From Octopus sinensis (lineage: Eukaryota): a stretch of 64,000 nt of DNA. Positions 25,107 through 38,292 of this stretch are shown one piece after another (the stretch's first letter is position 1; each line of letters opens with the position of its first letter). The notes beneath the pieces were generated by a model. It was not told the DNA's origin. It worked only from the letters and a program-made list of their open reading frames with translations, and made no database searches. Location: positions 34,162,001-34,226,000 of the forward strand of contig NC_043014.1 in NCBI RefSeq assembly GCF_006345805.1. The letters run 5' to 3'. A program made the translations under genes and the position numbers.

Positions 25107-25830
25107 TAAAAAATAAGAATAAAATATGGTTAACAGTTCCTTTTGGGGTTCAGGTAAAAACAAATATTATTAAAGAGATTTTAAATATAATTGAAATGTT
25201 CATCAGGGATAATAAAAAAATATTATAACATTTTTTCTAGTAATAATTTTGAAGTTGGATATTCTACTATTAATAATGTTGGTAATATTATTTCTTCATT
25301 TAATAAATTTAAATTGAATAAATTTTACAAAAATAAATTAAATAATGATTCCAATAATAATAAAGGCCCTGATATAATTTATTGTACGTGTAGAGATAAG
25401 ACTACATGTAAATTTAATAATAAATGTAATTTGGATGATATAGTTTATAAATGTATAGTAACTTTAATTGATGATAATAATATGAATGATTATAATTTAA
25501 ACGCGATCTACATAGAGTCAACTTCTAATAAAATTAAATTAAGGGTGGCTCAACACATGTATTCTTTTAGGAATAGAAATTTTATTAATTCTACAGGCCT
25601 TAGTAAATATATTTGGGAACTTTAATCTAAATGTAGTAAATATAAAATAACTTGGGCGATAATTTGTAAGGCAAAATTTTATCGTATAGGTAGTAATTCT
25701 TGTTTGATGTGTACTAATGAATTTAAGGAAATATTATTCAATAATAATAAAATAATGATTAATTCTCTAGATGAGCGAAAAATTAAACGCAAACATAAAT
25801 TACATTACTTATATAAAAAGTTTAGCTAAT
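24780..25830 (+). pseudogene. Penelope-like retroelement remnant (linker + GIY-YIG endonuclease)
   Basis: KIWLTVPFGVQVKTNI; CTCRDKTTC..C..IVYKC..YIESTSNKIKLR..HMYSF..STGLSKYIWEL is the PLE Cys cluster plus GIY-YIG. Confidence 0.85.
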
Positions 25831-26681
25831 TTTTCCGTATATATAAAACCCTATTTTATGTTACTAATTTGTTGTACATATAATTTATTGTAGTATTAGT
25901 GTATGAATTAGCATGATATTATATGCTGTATATTACATTATTTGAATACGTTTAAACTTGGATGCTTCTTAAATAAATAAATGAATATATAAATTAATGA
26001 ATATCTATTAATTATAGTAATATAAATTTATTTAACTATATTATGTATATTTTACGTATTTTAGTATTAATTATTTGGACTTTAAATATTCCAGTAAATA
26101 GTAATTTATAGTTTTGTTTTTTATTTTCTTATTCTCTGATTCTAAAAGCTTAAATATCTTTCGTCATTTTCATTAATATAATACATACTTCTATATATTT
26201 ATTCTATTTTTTTTATTTACGAGTTAAATTTCTTATAAACGCTAAGGCCTACGTTTTTACGTTTTAAATTCAGTTAGATTTTCTTAGATAAGCTAAGTCA
26301 TGAATTTCTTTTTAAAACAATATTGCTGAATTTTGTTTGATTGTTATTGTAAAAATATTGATCTCTATATTGTTATTTGTTAATTAAAGTTACGATACGT
26401 ATATTTATTTACATATACACACACACACACAAATAATTATACATTTATACGTATATATATACAGACACATAGGCACTCCCGCATACACACACACACACAC
26501 ATATATACACCCTCCCATCATTGACCTACACCCGCACATATACAAGCATATGCATATCCATATAAGTGAAGGGGCGTGTGCATGAAAATTGCACTTATTC
26601 ACCGGACACAGTCTTACACTCATATACATACATATACACAAATACACACACATACACATAATATATATACATACATATACG

Positions 26682-26715
<34 letters not shown>

Positions 26716-26819
26716 TGAAAAAGAAAAAATGAAAAAATATATATAAAAACTTTAAAATTAATGGAAGTTAAAACATGGGAAAGTTTGTACAGGTACATAG
26801 TAGAAATGTGGATTCTAGC

Positions 26820-28050
26820 CGTGATCTTAGGCGGGGGGCAAAACCGTAACAGGTATTTTGTGACACGTGAACATGATCCAACGAGTTAAGTTCTTGAATT
26901 CAAACGTTTTGTAGGGTCTAAGGAAATTTTCCAGATAAGCCATCTTTCCATATTACAAAGACCGCACTTGCCATTACCGTTGGTATAAGGTTTACGCTTG
27001 GCTAAGATCTTCCAATAAATCCTGTAGTTGACGCTTTGTTCTTTTAAGAACCATATATAACTGTATAATTCGGTAGTCTTTCGTTTATTCCAGTGTCTGA
27101 AGCTTAAGATGTGAGTGTTGAATGTTGCTTTGAAATTTCCTTTTGTGAGACCCACATATCTCTTGGATGAAACTGCATTATTAGCATTTATGGAATTTAC
27201 AGTGGCTTTATAAATAATGGCCTCGGTTATAGAGGCTCCATTTAGTGGGCACAGGTCCTTATCCCTGCAGGAACAGCCGGCTTTGTGGTGTTGTGTTGTA
27301 TTGTGCGTAATTATGCTTTTAATGTTTGGGGTGAATCTAAAACTAATTTTTAGGTTATGCCTATTAAAAAGTTTCATATATTTGTGATACATTGGAAAAT
27401 GTCTCTCTACAAGAAATATTTACCTATATTAAGGATTACATCAGGGGAGTAATGGAGTGTGAACCAGATAATTTTCCTCTGTCTATGTTTCCTTTTCTTT
27501 ATTTCTGGTCTAAAAGTAGGGGTGTAAGCTATTTCCTCTTTAAATCCACTAGCTTTAAGGGCATTGTTATATAGTGGAGGAGCATTATTAAATATGTTTA
27601 TATTGGAGGAGAGGCTAGAATACTCCTACTAATATTCTTAACTAAATTCTTAAACACTATGGGGGTTGGGCAGGAACCTACATTAATATAACTTAAGTCT
27701 ATCGTTGGGCTTCCTATGGAGCTTGCAAATATTCTTTTGTAAATCTAGAGATACGCCAAGGAAATTGACAACCGTCAGGTTGGTATCTATTGTTATGCTA
27801 AGAACGAATGTTTTCATAAGATGAATAATATCCTTCCTTAACCGATCTTGCGCTGGTCCATTGGTATTCTTAGTTAAAGCTATAAATAGCGAAATATACA
27901 CCAGGAAAAGCTTTTCCTAACGTATCAAGCAGGAATAACCCAATGAGATCGCTTATTCCTGCTCCATCATATGACCCCATGCTCACATCGTATGAACAAA
28001 ACATCCATGTTTCCATATGTGAATTATTCAAATCCCAAAAAATTTCTCTC
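26820..28050 (-). pseudogene. Penelope-like retroelement remnant (RT + GIY-YIG)
   Basis: YDVSMGSYDGAGISDLIG, NLTVVNFLGVSLDL..RKPND, CSCRDKDLCPLNG..IIYKA..YVGLT..F..H..SF, CGLC..E..LNSR. Confidence 0.9.
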
Positions 28051-30179
28051 AAATCATGGTTATGATGCTCCCCACTACTTCTACTCGTGATCAGAGGTGC
28101 ACATATCGTCAGCCAGTAAGGGACATGCTCAACTGGTTAAGGTCAAACAACTGACAAGCAAATCTGTTATATTGAGCAGAACATTTGCTGTAGCCCATCT
28201 TTTATACCAAGATAAAACATACACCGCCGATAGTTGTTGTTTGAAACAACGGCAGTAATTTTCAACCGAATACACGTCATTGATTGGTTGAAATTACCGA
28301 AATACGACATCTTTAACAAGAAATAACTTCCAAAATACAGAATTTTCTCAACAACGCCAAGAGTAAAAGATGCTTTATGTCATACATTCTACAAGTATAC
28401 GAAGTATGAAAGTGGTTAGTTACAAAAAATTATTTTTTAAATCTGTCAGTCAAAAGGTAATGATCCGCTACAAACTTCAACAACTTTTCCGTAATCGATA
28501 AAAAAATAAATCAATAAGTACTAGTCGAGTCTTGGTGCTAATTAAGTCGACTCAACTCTTCCTGCTCACTTAATGTGTGGTCTAACGCTTTTGCCAACTA
28601 TCAGCATTATTATAGAACAACAATAGTGACTAAGATCTTTGTAAATATAACGAATGCGTCTATATTATTATATTGTCTAACATCGAATTTGGGTCATAAG
28701 AAACAGGAAAAGAGAAGGATAAATTTCTGTTTTCGCGCCGTCTGAATATCAGAACAGCATGTGTAAATATTCAAATCCAAAAGGTTGGGTGTGCCGATAT
28801 GATATAATATATTGTCGCATGCTCTGTTTTTGTTGTGCGATGCTAGCATTGAACGCTTTGACATTATCGAGGAAGTTAAAGAGCTGAGCTCTTCTTACTC
28901 ACCTCGTACTTTGTAAGCTATCATGTTTAAAAAAGAATCGTTTCAGAGGGAAATAATAAACAGCACCGGCGGAGGTAGTGGTTTTGATGTCGGTAATGGT
29001 GATGATGGGAAAATATTTGTAGTAATGGAGAGAAGGTGGTAGTGATGGAAGTGGTTGTGGTGGTGGTGAGAGTGGGACGATGGTGATACTCACAAAAGCG
29101 AAATTTAATGCGTTGGCTAAGCTATTGAAATCATCTACGTATGTGTCTGTGTCTGCATGCAGTTTTCTGTGTATGTCCCTCTGCGTGTATTTCTGCGTGT
29201 GTGTACCAGTTTGCCTTTTAACAACGAGTCAGTCAAGGGTGTTACCCACACACTCACAAAGGTCAGGTGGTAACCATTTCATCTGGCTAACACCTAAACG
29301 CTTTCGAAAGTCACTCTGCGTCGTCAACGTTGCCTCGTTGTCGATGTTATTTCTACGGTTTCTGAAATCCTGGGGCTATTCACAAGTGGATTTCATAAGT
29401 GTGAAGAAAGAGTCCTAGGTTCTATTTCCGACAGTACTTAGTCTTTAAAGCCCCAGTATCCATGCCTCACTTACGAGAGAAAATGACGGGAAGCCTGTCT
29501 AACTGAAGAAAAATGACAATACCGTAATTTGCTGAGGCCCACATTGACATGAATGCATCTAGGGTCAGGTCGCTTTCGAGCGCTACTGGTAACATGTAAC
29601 CCAGTACAACTTGTATGCTCGAGCCATCGGCGATTAAACCGATAACCCCCACCAAGCTTGCTTACTGAGGAAGGGACAAAAAACAAAACCTATCAAAGGG
29701 TGGAGTAACTCAAGAAAGTCAAAGGCCATCCCATAACGTGTTAAGATGCGTGGCCAAGTGGTTAGGGTGTTGCACTTACAATCTAGAGATCATGGTTTCG
29801 ATTCCCAGATCGGTTGTGCGTTGTTTTCTTAAAGCAAAACTCTTCATATCACGTTGCTCCCGTTCACTTAGCTGTAAATGGGTAACCTTGTGACGGATTA
29901 GCGTACAAAGGTGAGATGGTGACTCAGGAAAATCACCTGAACGGAGGTTTCACGAGCCACATTTTATATTCAGCGATCGAACTGTACTGTGAATCCTGAC
30001 TTGTTGGATTGGTTGTTCAACCACGTTGAAGATGAACCTAAGAATATATTATATAATGTGTGTGTCCTTCCTTATTGGCTCATGGTAATTACAGTATAAT
30101 TATTGTTTCACTCTAAATCAGCCTTGAACCGACAGACTGATAAAGTCGTTCCATAACAGCTGCTCAGCAGAGAAGAAAC

Positions 30180-30810
30180 CTCAGCTGCTTGATAAATGTG
30201 AAGAAAACTGAATGCGTGTCTTTCAACTTATCAAGTGATGTTAAACTGTTTGCATTGCACGGTTCCAAATTGAATGTTGCTGAAGTACTTAGGTAGTTGG
30301 GTGGGCAGTTCGGAAGTAGACATCAAGATCAAGAAGACACAAGCATGGACAGCCTGTCACAAACTAAAGAAGATCTAGAATTCCACATTGCCCAGGCAAA
30401 TCAAAATCAAGCTGTTCGTTGCAACTGTCAAATCAGTGCTATTGTATGGCAGCAGTGAAACATGAACACTGACAAATTATCAGACAGGCTAAATGGGTGC
30501 TACACAAGGATGCTACGAATGGACCTAAATGTGAAATGGCAGCAACATATGACAAATGAGTGCCCTTAGGGAGACCTACTGAAAGTTAGCAAGAAGATCA
30601 AGCAAAGACAGCTTAGACAACCTGGTCACTGCGTGCCCTCCCACCCTCAGCTGCAATCATCCAAATTAGTTTTGTGGAACCCACTTCATGATAATGTAAG
30701 AAGGGGAAACCGTCACACTTACATCGACAACTTGATTGCAGACACTGGCCTGGAATGTATCCAGGACCTCGAAGTAGTGATGATGGACCGAGAAGTGTGG
30801 CGGGGGGACT
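30180..30810 (+). mobile_element. Degenerate RTE-type LINE fragment (end of RT and thumb region)
   Basis: Reads KTECV..AWTACHKLKKI*..KSVLLYGS..GCYTRMLRM..W..DREVWR across frameshifts. Confidence 0.7.
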
Positions 30811-30949
30811 TTCATATTGTATTATTGTGTGTACGTAGGTTTAAAATTAGACTTACAATTAACATTTCTGATCTTTAATTAACTCCACCCACCACTTTTA
30901 TTTCTAAAAAAATAATACCGACTACCACCGTGACGTTATTTTCTTTGAT

Positions 30950-31830
30950 AATGCTTAGCGGTATTTCGTCTGCCGCTACATTCTGAGTTCAAATTCCGCC
31001 GAGGTCGACTTTGCCTTTCATCCTTTCGAGGTCGATAAATTAAGTACTAGTTACGCACTGGGATCGATATAATCGACTTAATCCGTTTGTCCCCTCTCTG
31101 TTTAGCCCCTTATGGGTAGTAAAGAAATAGGTATTTCGTCTGTCTTTATGTTCTGAGTACAAATTCCGCCAAGTTCGACTTAGTCTTTCATCCTTTCAGG
31201 GTCGATAAATCAAGTACCAGTTGCGTAATGGAGTCGATCTAATCGCCTGGTCCCCTCCCCAAAAATTTCGGGCCTTGTGCCTAGAGTAGAAAAAACCTTT
31301 CACCAACCCCAAAAATACCGATTGATTGTTTAACCAACAAGTTAAACGATCGATTAGTTGGTTGGATAAATATTTAACGAATTGGCAAATAATAAAGGGC
31401 TACAATTGAACAAGTGCGCGTGTTATTAATATTGGCGTAATGATTCTCCCTGGACACAGCAAAATTATAAATATTTTTGCTTTTTGGGTGGGGTGTAGCT
31501 ATGTGCAGAGACGTGGCTGTGGGTTTAAGTTCACTTTGTAACCACGCAGTTTCGGGTTCAATGCACAGTGCGGCACTTAGGGCAAGCGTCTTCTAGCCCC
31601 GGTCAGATTAGTTACCTTGTGAGTGAATAAACGGAAACTTTGGAATTCTGTTGTGTGGGTTTATCTCCCACCATCACTTGACAACCGGTGTTGGTTTGTT
31701 TACGTTTCAAAAGAGACCTATCAGACTTTCAAACAAAATAATTACTGGGATCAGTTTGTTCGACTAAACCCTTCAAGGAGGTGACCCAGCATGGTCGCAG
31801 TCGAATAAATGAAACAAGTAGAAAGATACA
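30950..31830 (+). mobile_element. SINE cluster (family A tandem 30950-31290; family B ~31510-31830)
   Basis: Matches family A and B consensus blocks. Confidence 0.75.
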
Positions 31831-31985
31831 AAACTCTTGGTAGGTCCTGAATTTGGGTTCTAGAATGTTCTTTTAGAATAAGTATTTTTATTTAAGTACT
31901 AAACCAACAAAAAATTCAAGATTGCATGAATGAAATAACATTTTACTTATTTATTTATTTATATTTGTTTTATTTCTATTCCCAG

Positions 31986-32461
31986 AAAATGACCAGAAAG
32001 ATTTCAGAAAAGATATTTATGCATCCGTATACAAAAACCGAATGTTTGGTGACGTCACCGTCAGCTACAATAGAACTACCGACAAATTATTCCTAACTTA
32101 CGGCAAGACTGGTTTGTTCGAACTTAACCGAACCAGCACGAAAGACATGTTTCTCCTACAAGCACTTAAAGGCCTGCCTTATTACATCAGCAATGCAGAC
32201 GGCTATCAGGGTGTACTTTATGGCTATCTATATTTCAATCGTACATCCAGTAATAATAGCACCGCACAAGACATTATAAGTGTAACTATACCAGACTTCG
32301 ATCCCCAAGTACACCCGACCTTCCGCAAGACTTTAAAACCTATAAATATGTTGGAAAGATATGGACCAAATTATTTAAATTCATACAAGGCCATGAAAGG
32401 TCATTTTATATTGTTATTAGTGTGTGTCCTAATCAGCATTGCTTTAATTAATCCATCTTAA
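31986..32461 (+). CDS. Beta-lactamase-like protein, last coding exon (DUF3471-like region + hydrophobic C-tail)
   Basis: Pyrimidine tract + cccAG, phase 1 join gives GAA; YASVYKNRMFGDVTV resembles Y.G.Y.(H/N)..FG...V; ends FILLLVCVLISIALINPS*; several NxT sequons. Confidence 0.8.
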
Positions 32462-32672
32462 TTCAATAGGGGTTTCATGTTGTATTAAAAAAATATATGT
32501 GACACTAATTGTTATTCTCTTTATTGTACTAATTGCCTGTCTGCTACCTAAATCACCGTTTGTTTCAGACGCTTGGCACCTCTCACTTATTAAAAGTGTA
32601 TACTGACAGGAAGTAAGGTTTATTATATGTGTATGTATGTATGTATGTATATACATACATACATACATATAT

Positions 32673-33340
32673 TAGAGAAAAACCACTATTATGCAATTCA
32701 AACAATGATAGACATAAACCAAATCATAAATAAAAAATAAAATATATTTTTTAAAACGTAACATAAAACATAGGAGTGGCAGTGTGGTAAGTAGCTTGCT
32801 TACGAACCACATGGTTCCGGGTTCAGTCCCACTGCGTGGCACCTTGAGCAAGTGTCTTCTGCTATAGCCTCGAGCCGACCAAAACCTTGTGAGTGCATTT
32901 GGTAGACGGAAACTGAAAGAAGCCCGTCGTATATATGTATATATATATGTGTGTGTGTGTGTTGTGTTATATGTTTGTGTGTCTGTGTTTGTCCCCCTAG
33001 CATTGCTTGACAACCGATGCTGGTGTGTTTACGTTCCCGTCACTTAGCGGTTCGGCAAAAAGAGACAGAATAAGTACCGGGCTTACAAAGAATAAGTCCC
33101 GGGTTCGATGTGCTCTAGCATGGCCGCAGTCAAATGACTGAAACAAGTAAAAGAGTAAAGAGAGTATAACTAGATCACAAAAGTTAAAAAATGAACGTTT
33201 TTTTTTTTTACTTATATATTGATTATTCATTTTTTTACTTTTGTGATCTAGCTATGTTTTAAAAAATATATTTTATTTTTTATTTATGATTTGGTTTATG
33301 TCTGTCATTGTTTGAATTGCATAATAGTGTTTTTTCTCTA
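32673..33340. mobile_element. Palindromic Penelope-pLTR-like structure interrupted by a family-B SINE (32772-33165)
   Basis: 32673-32760 plus 33166-33196 is the reverse complement of ~33226-33340; same family as 13110-13230. Confidence 0.7.
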
Positions 33341-34164
33341 GTTTATATATGATATATTTATATTGTGAAATTTGATTTGATACTAAATTGAATTTTTCGC
33401 GGTAAGTTTGGAGTTATACTCCCTAATATTTTTATTATTATATACACTTACCTCATGAGTTTCAACTAGTTCGGAAATGAAAACGAAATAGTAAAAATTA
33501 GGCTACATTATGCAGCGAACTGTCGAAACGTCGGACAAAATACCTTTCGGTATGTGAGGACGCGTTGCCTAGAGATTAGATTGCGGCACTCCCGGTTACG
33601 AGGTGTTATGGTTTCGATTCTCAGACCAGGCAGTGCGTTTTGTTCTTGAGAAAAACACTTCACCTCGCGGTTGCTCTGTAATCATTTCGACATCTGACAT
33701 ATGGCACACGGTGCACTGTACCGCTCAAACGTTTGATCACTAAATAAAGCATGTGCAAATTCACGCAAGAAATGCAATGCCCTCATCTGTCGTCTACGAC
33801 ATAAAAGTCCACAATTTGTTTTTGTTTTTTGGTGGGGGGGAGGTTACATTGAATTCAAATCCCGCCAAGCTCAGCTTTGCCTTAATTTCTTGAGATTCAT
33901 AAAATATACTGAGCAGTCCAACGCGGTGAACTGACGGAGACAGCAGTGGAAAGGGAGTGAATGGCTTTTGGTATTTGTCCTAGCTCTTTGGCCGGGTTCC
34001 AAATTACTGATTGATAGAAATTATCTACCTGGTCCCTAGGTGCATTTAGTAAGAGTTCACTCTGCTGCTAGCATTCGGACCAAATTTCTGGTTTGAAGGC
34101 AACTTCCTCGAACGATAATAAAAGGTCATGGATGTTGCCCTTCCTTTCCTGCAAAAGATCTTTT

Positions 34165-34575
34165 ATTTTTTTCTGGGTTTCAGTCATCAGACAGCGACCA
34201 TGCTTAGACACTGCTTTGAAGGATTTTAGTTGAACGAATCGCCCTCAGTACTTGTCTTTTTAAAACATGGCACTTATTCTATCGACTTCTTTTGCCGAAC
34301 CGGTAAGTCACAAGAATGTAATCACACCAACACCGGCTGTCAAGCGGAGGAGCAACGGACACTTACACACAAGGATCCTGTTGTGTGTATGTGCGCGCGC
34401 AGACAGACACACACGACAGGATTCTTTCAGTTTCCGTCACCCAAATCCATTCACAATGCTTTATCGGCCAGAGTCTAAGGTATAAGACACTTGCCCAAGG
34501 TGCCACACATTGGGCTTGAACCTGGAACAACTAGGTTAGGAAGCAGACTTTTTACCACACACCCGAGCCTGCACC
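34165..34575 (-). mobile_element. Family-B SINE, minus strand
   Basis: Reverse complement of the family-B tail and head ('gtttcagtcat..', 'aagacacttgcccaaggtgcc'). Confidence 0.7.
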
Positions 34576-36623
34576 TATTAGAATATAATCCCAGGGTTTT
34601 CAACTTCAGAAATATTCACGAGATTACAGTGACTAGAGAACAATATTAGAAGTTAGATATTCTCCTATTAGCTGATTGTTCGACTATGCGTTGCTATGGA
34701 GGTCCAGTAATGCTGAACTTTGCTCAAGGGTTCTATCGTATCTGCCAGACTCATTTCCTATAGCATGCCATTCTATGTTTAATTTGCATTCCAGAGTAGT
34801 TTCTGTTGCAAAGGATTAACTAATTTCACTTCACTAAAGGGTGTACTTCTAGCTTATATTCTCCAACTCAGCCCCTGTAGGAAATCTCCCCCAGCACCTG
34901 TCACACGGTCTGTCAAGCAAGCAAATCAAACAACACCGGATGTTTGACTCCTAACCGTTAGTAGAAAGCGCTCGCTATTACCGGTTGTCCCTCGCCACAT
35001 GTTCCCTTAAGTCGCATTACCTAAAAGGTGAGAGACAAAGAGAGAGGCACTAAGGCTGGATTGCCTTTGGTCAGATTTGCTCGGTTGGAGCTAACCTGAG
35101 GTTAAGCAAGAGCTAAAGAAGCAGAATATATTTATCTTCAATAATATGGCATGATCCAAAAATCCATTTTCCTACAATCCTACTGTATTATTATCTTGTT
35201 TCTTATTGGCGAAGCAAGGGGGCAATTATTCACACACAAGGTTGGGGTAGTCGATCTGACTGTTGTGCTACTATTATGTCGAACCAACAATATAGTGTGT
35301 CCACAATGAGAATGAGCAGACCTCAAGTCAAAGGGAATCAGGTTGATCTGCTGTTAAACAACAGGAAATAACATTGATCGTAAAGACTCCCTTCGGTTAT
35401 GAATGGCCATGGAATTGCACCTAGAAAGTTTCCCTCCGAGGAACAAGTCCGAACAAGGTTGTTTATGGAAGACCAGTTGTCACCCATGCATACCAGCCTC
35501 TCCATACCACTGATATTATCCAAGGGAAAGGCAAAGGTCGATACAGCTTGGCACCAGTGACATAGCAATTCATTTCTACAGCTGAGTGAACTGGAGCAAC
35601 ATTAAATAAAAGTGTCTTGTTCAAGAACGCAACAAACAACCCAGTCCGGGAATCGAACTCACTATCTCATGATTGTAAGTCCGACACACTAACCACTGAG
35701 CCACGCGCTTTCGCATTGATCGTAGGACAGAAATAAGATGCTGAGTCTGGTCATCTCATTTCAACTACTACTACTTCCTTGAATTTGAGCGGTTAGAATT
35801 TGAATAAAACAGTGGGTGAAGGGAATACCAAAAGAACGGGAGTTTGGGCCTCAACAGCGTCCATACTTCATTTTAATTAGCTAGGTCGAGGAATGATCAT
35901 ATTAAATACGTGCAAATGGAGTTGTAGGGAAAATGCAGATATGTTTAAACTTGTCAGCACTTATTCCCCCCACCCGATGAAAACATTGAATCTATAGTTC
36001 TAGTTATGTTGCTTAAAAAATAAAAGACAGGGTAGTTATGGCTGAAATACCTTTCGCTATAGATTTACACGATCAAGGATGATTTGAATTTAAAAAACAA
36101 CCATATAAGACAGCCTAACACATTTTCCCAATAACCATCTGCTAGCATACAGTTCATCTAATCAACCCCTTGACATTGGTCAACATAAACTGAACAAAAT
36201 ATTTCATTTTATAAATGTTTGATAAAATACAAAATATCCAAGAATATATAACAATAAGTATATGCCACAATATTTACTACAATCAAACACATTGGGAATA
36301 TCTCGAAGAACAAATATGAAATGTTGATCACCCACTTTTTTTTCATTTAAAAATAATCTACACCTAAAGCCCTTTCAAATCTCTCCGTCTCACGAAATTC
36401 CGGAACGATTGGCCGAAACTAGAGTTGTTACCTAATCTCTTATCTTCTAGTTGTTTGTCATTTTTGACTGCGGCAATACTGGGGCACCGCCATAAAGGGT
36501 TTTAGTCGAATAAATTGACATTTTTAAACTTCGTATTCATTCTATCGGTGACTTATGCCGAACCGCCAAGTTACACTGGTTGTCAAGAGGCGATGGGGAA
36601 CAAACAAGACTCACATAAGCTCG

Positions 36624-36658
<35 letters not shown>

Positions 36659-36663
<5 letters not shown>

Positions 36664-36791
36664 AAACCACTAGGTGGTCAGCCGTATGCTAGAAGTCGAT
36701 CACCTACGACCAAACTACAAAGAAAAGAATGTTCTCTAAAGGAAAATTCAGCGGACACCAGCATACGGCTGACCACCTAGTGGTTTTGCCC
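36659..36791. repeat. 32-bp inverted repeat (31/32 match) around ~70 bp, abutting (TA)n
   Basis: gggtaaaaccactaggtggtcagccgtatgct ... agcatacggctgaccacctagtggttttgccc. Confidence 0.85.
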
Positions 36792-36898
36792 TTTAAATAT
36801 ACACATTAGAATTTTCTCTGATTTTTGTATGCTAGGCTACTGGTTTTAAATTGATATAATTAAATTAATATTAAATTTATCTCCCTCATTATTTAAAT

Positions 36899-36932
<34 letters not shown>

Positions 36933-38039
36933 ATAAATATTAGGGAATATATCCAAATTTACAGGAAAAAAATCAGATTTAGGATTGTTTTGCAAAATAG
37001 TGGTTTTGTCTCAAATAATATTTTATGTATATATATATATATATATATATACATACACACACACGACGAGTTTCTTTCAGTTTCCGTCTATCAAATCCAC
37101 TCACTTTTTCGCATTGCTCCAGCCCACAATTTCAATCAGAGAGGAATGTTGGCCTGCTCGCTGCCAGTGAGATGGCGTCATTCGAAGGCTAAAACAAAGC
37201 TTTGGTCGATCTGAGGGAACCATGTGATTGGGAAGCGAGCTTCTTACCACATAGCTACACCTACGTCACTTTTATATATTCACTTTTATTAACTAATAGC
37301 TGAAAAGAGTAAAACGGATTTTCAGTTGTCCTTTTAACCCCAAATGAGCTTTGACTGAACAGATTTTATAGTCAAAGGTATTTCGGCCGCTAACATTGCC
37401 CCATCTCGCTTTTTTTTTTTTAATAAGTATTTCCCTTAAGACAATAGAAATAATTAAAATTTGGCTGCCATAACTAGCAATCGCATACTGAATCTCTCTC
37501 TCGCATTGGTATGAGAAAATACAAGTTTCGAGGAAATATAAATCAGAATGACAGGTTCAGAACGACTCACAACATAAATCACTCGATCTTATGCTTTAGA
37601 AATATTTGATAAAATACACAATGCTCATGAATATGTAAGTTCCTTACATACGGACCACAACACTTACTACGAATAAAACTAAGAACATTCCCCACTCACC
37701 ACCACAAACGAAAATAGCAATGACTAAACGAGTCCTACACACATACAATTTTAAAATGAAGGATCACGTAAGATATGCCAAACGGATCGCGATGGTAAAA
37801 GGCTGGAAGTGCTGGTTTAGAACGAGAACTGGACAAAAACCTGAAGGCTAAACTATAAAGCTCTATAGCACATACACATCAGTGAAAGGGAGTCAAAAGA
37901 ATTTTTTTTTTTAATCTTTTGACTTAGGTATACGATTAAACGTATTTGACTTCGGTATAAGTACGATACAACCAACGAAAAAAACAAGTGCACTAACAAG
38001 GTTTATTATATCTCATAGTTTGGCACTTCTAGTCTCAGC

Positions 38040-38292
38040 TGATCGCGTGACCGACCAGACTATCAGATGACGTTACACATCGCTGATTACAATGCGCTCT
38101 GGATCGTTTTAGCCTTCGAATGACGCCATCTCACTGGCGGAGAGCAAGCCAACATTCCCCTCTGATCGAAAGTGTGGGCTGGAGCAACGTGGAAAAGTGT
38201 TTTTTGTTCAAGAACACAACGTGCAGCCCGGTCTGGAAATCGAACCCACGATCGTGAGTACAACAGCCTAATCACTAGGCCACGCGCCTTCA
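38040..38292 (-). mobile_element. tRNA-derived SINE, minus strand; its middle is mirrored at 37105-37196
   Basis: Minus head 'gaaggcgcgtggcctagtgattagg..gggttcgatttcc' with A and B boxes. Confidence 0.75.

Noticed and set aside
10092-32461. Bacterial contamination or recent HGT of a beta-lactamase
   Set aside because: The gene has multi-kb spliceosomal introns filled with host repeats, and this family occurs in other molluscs.
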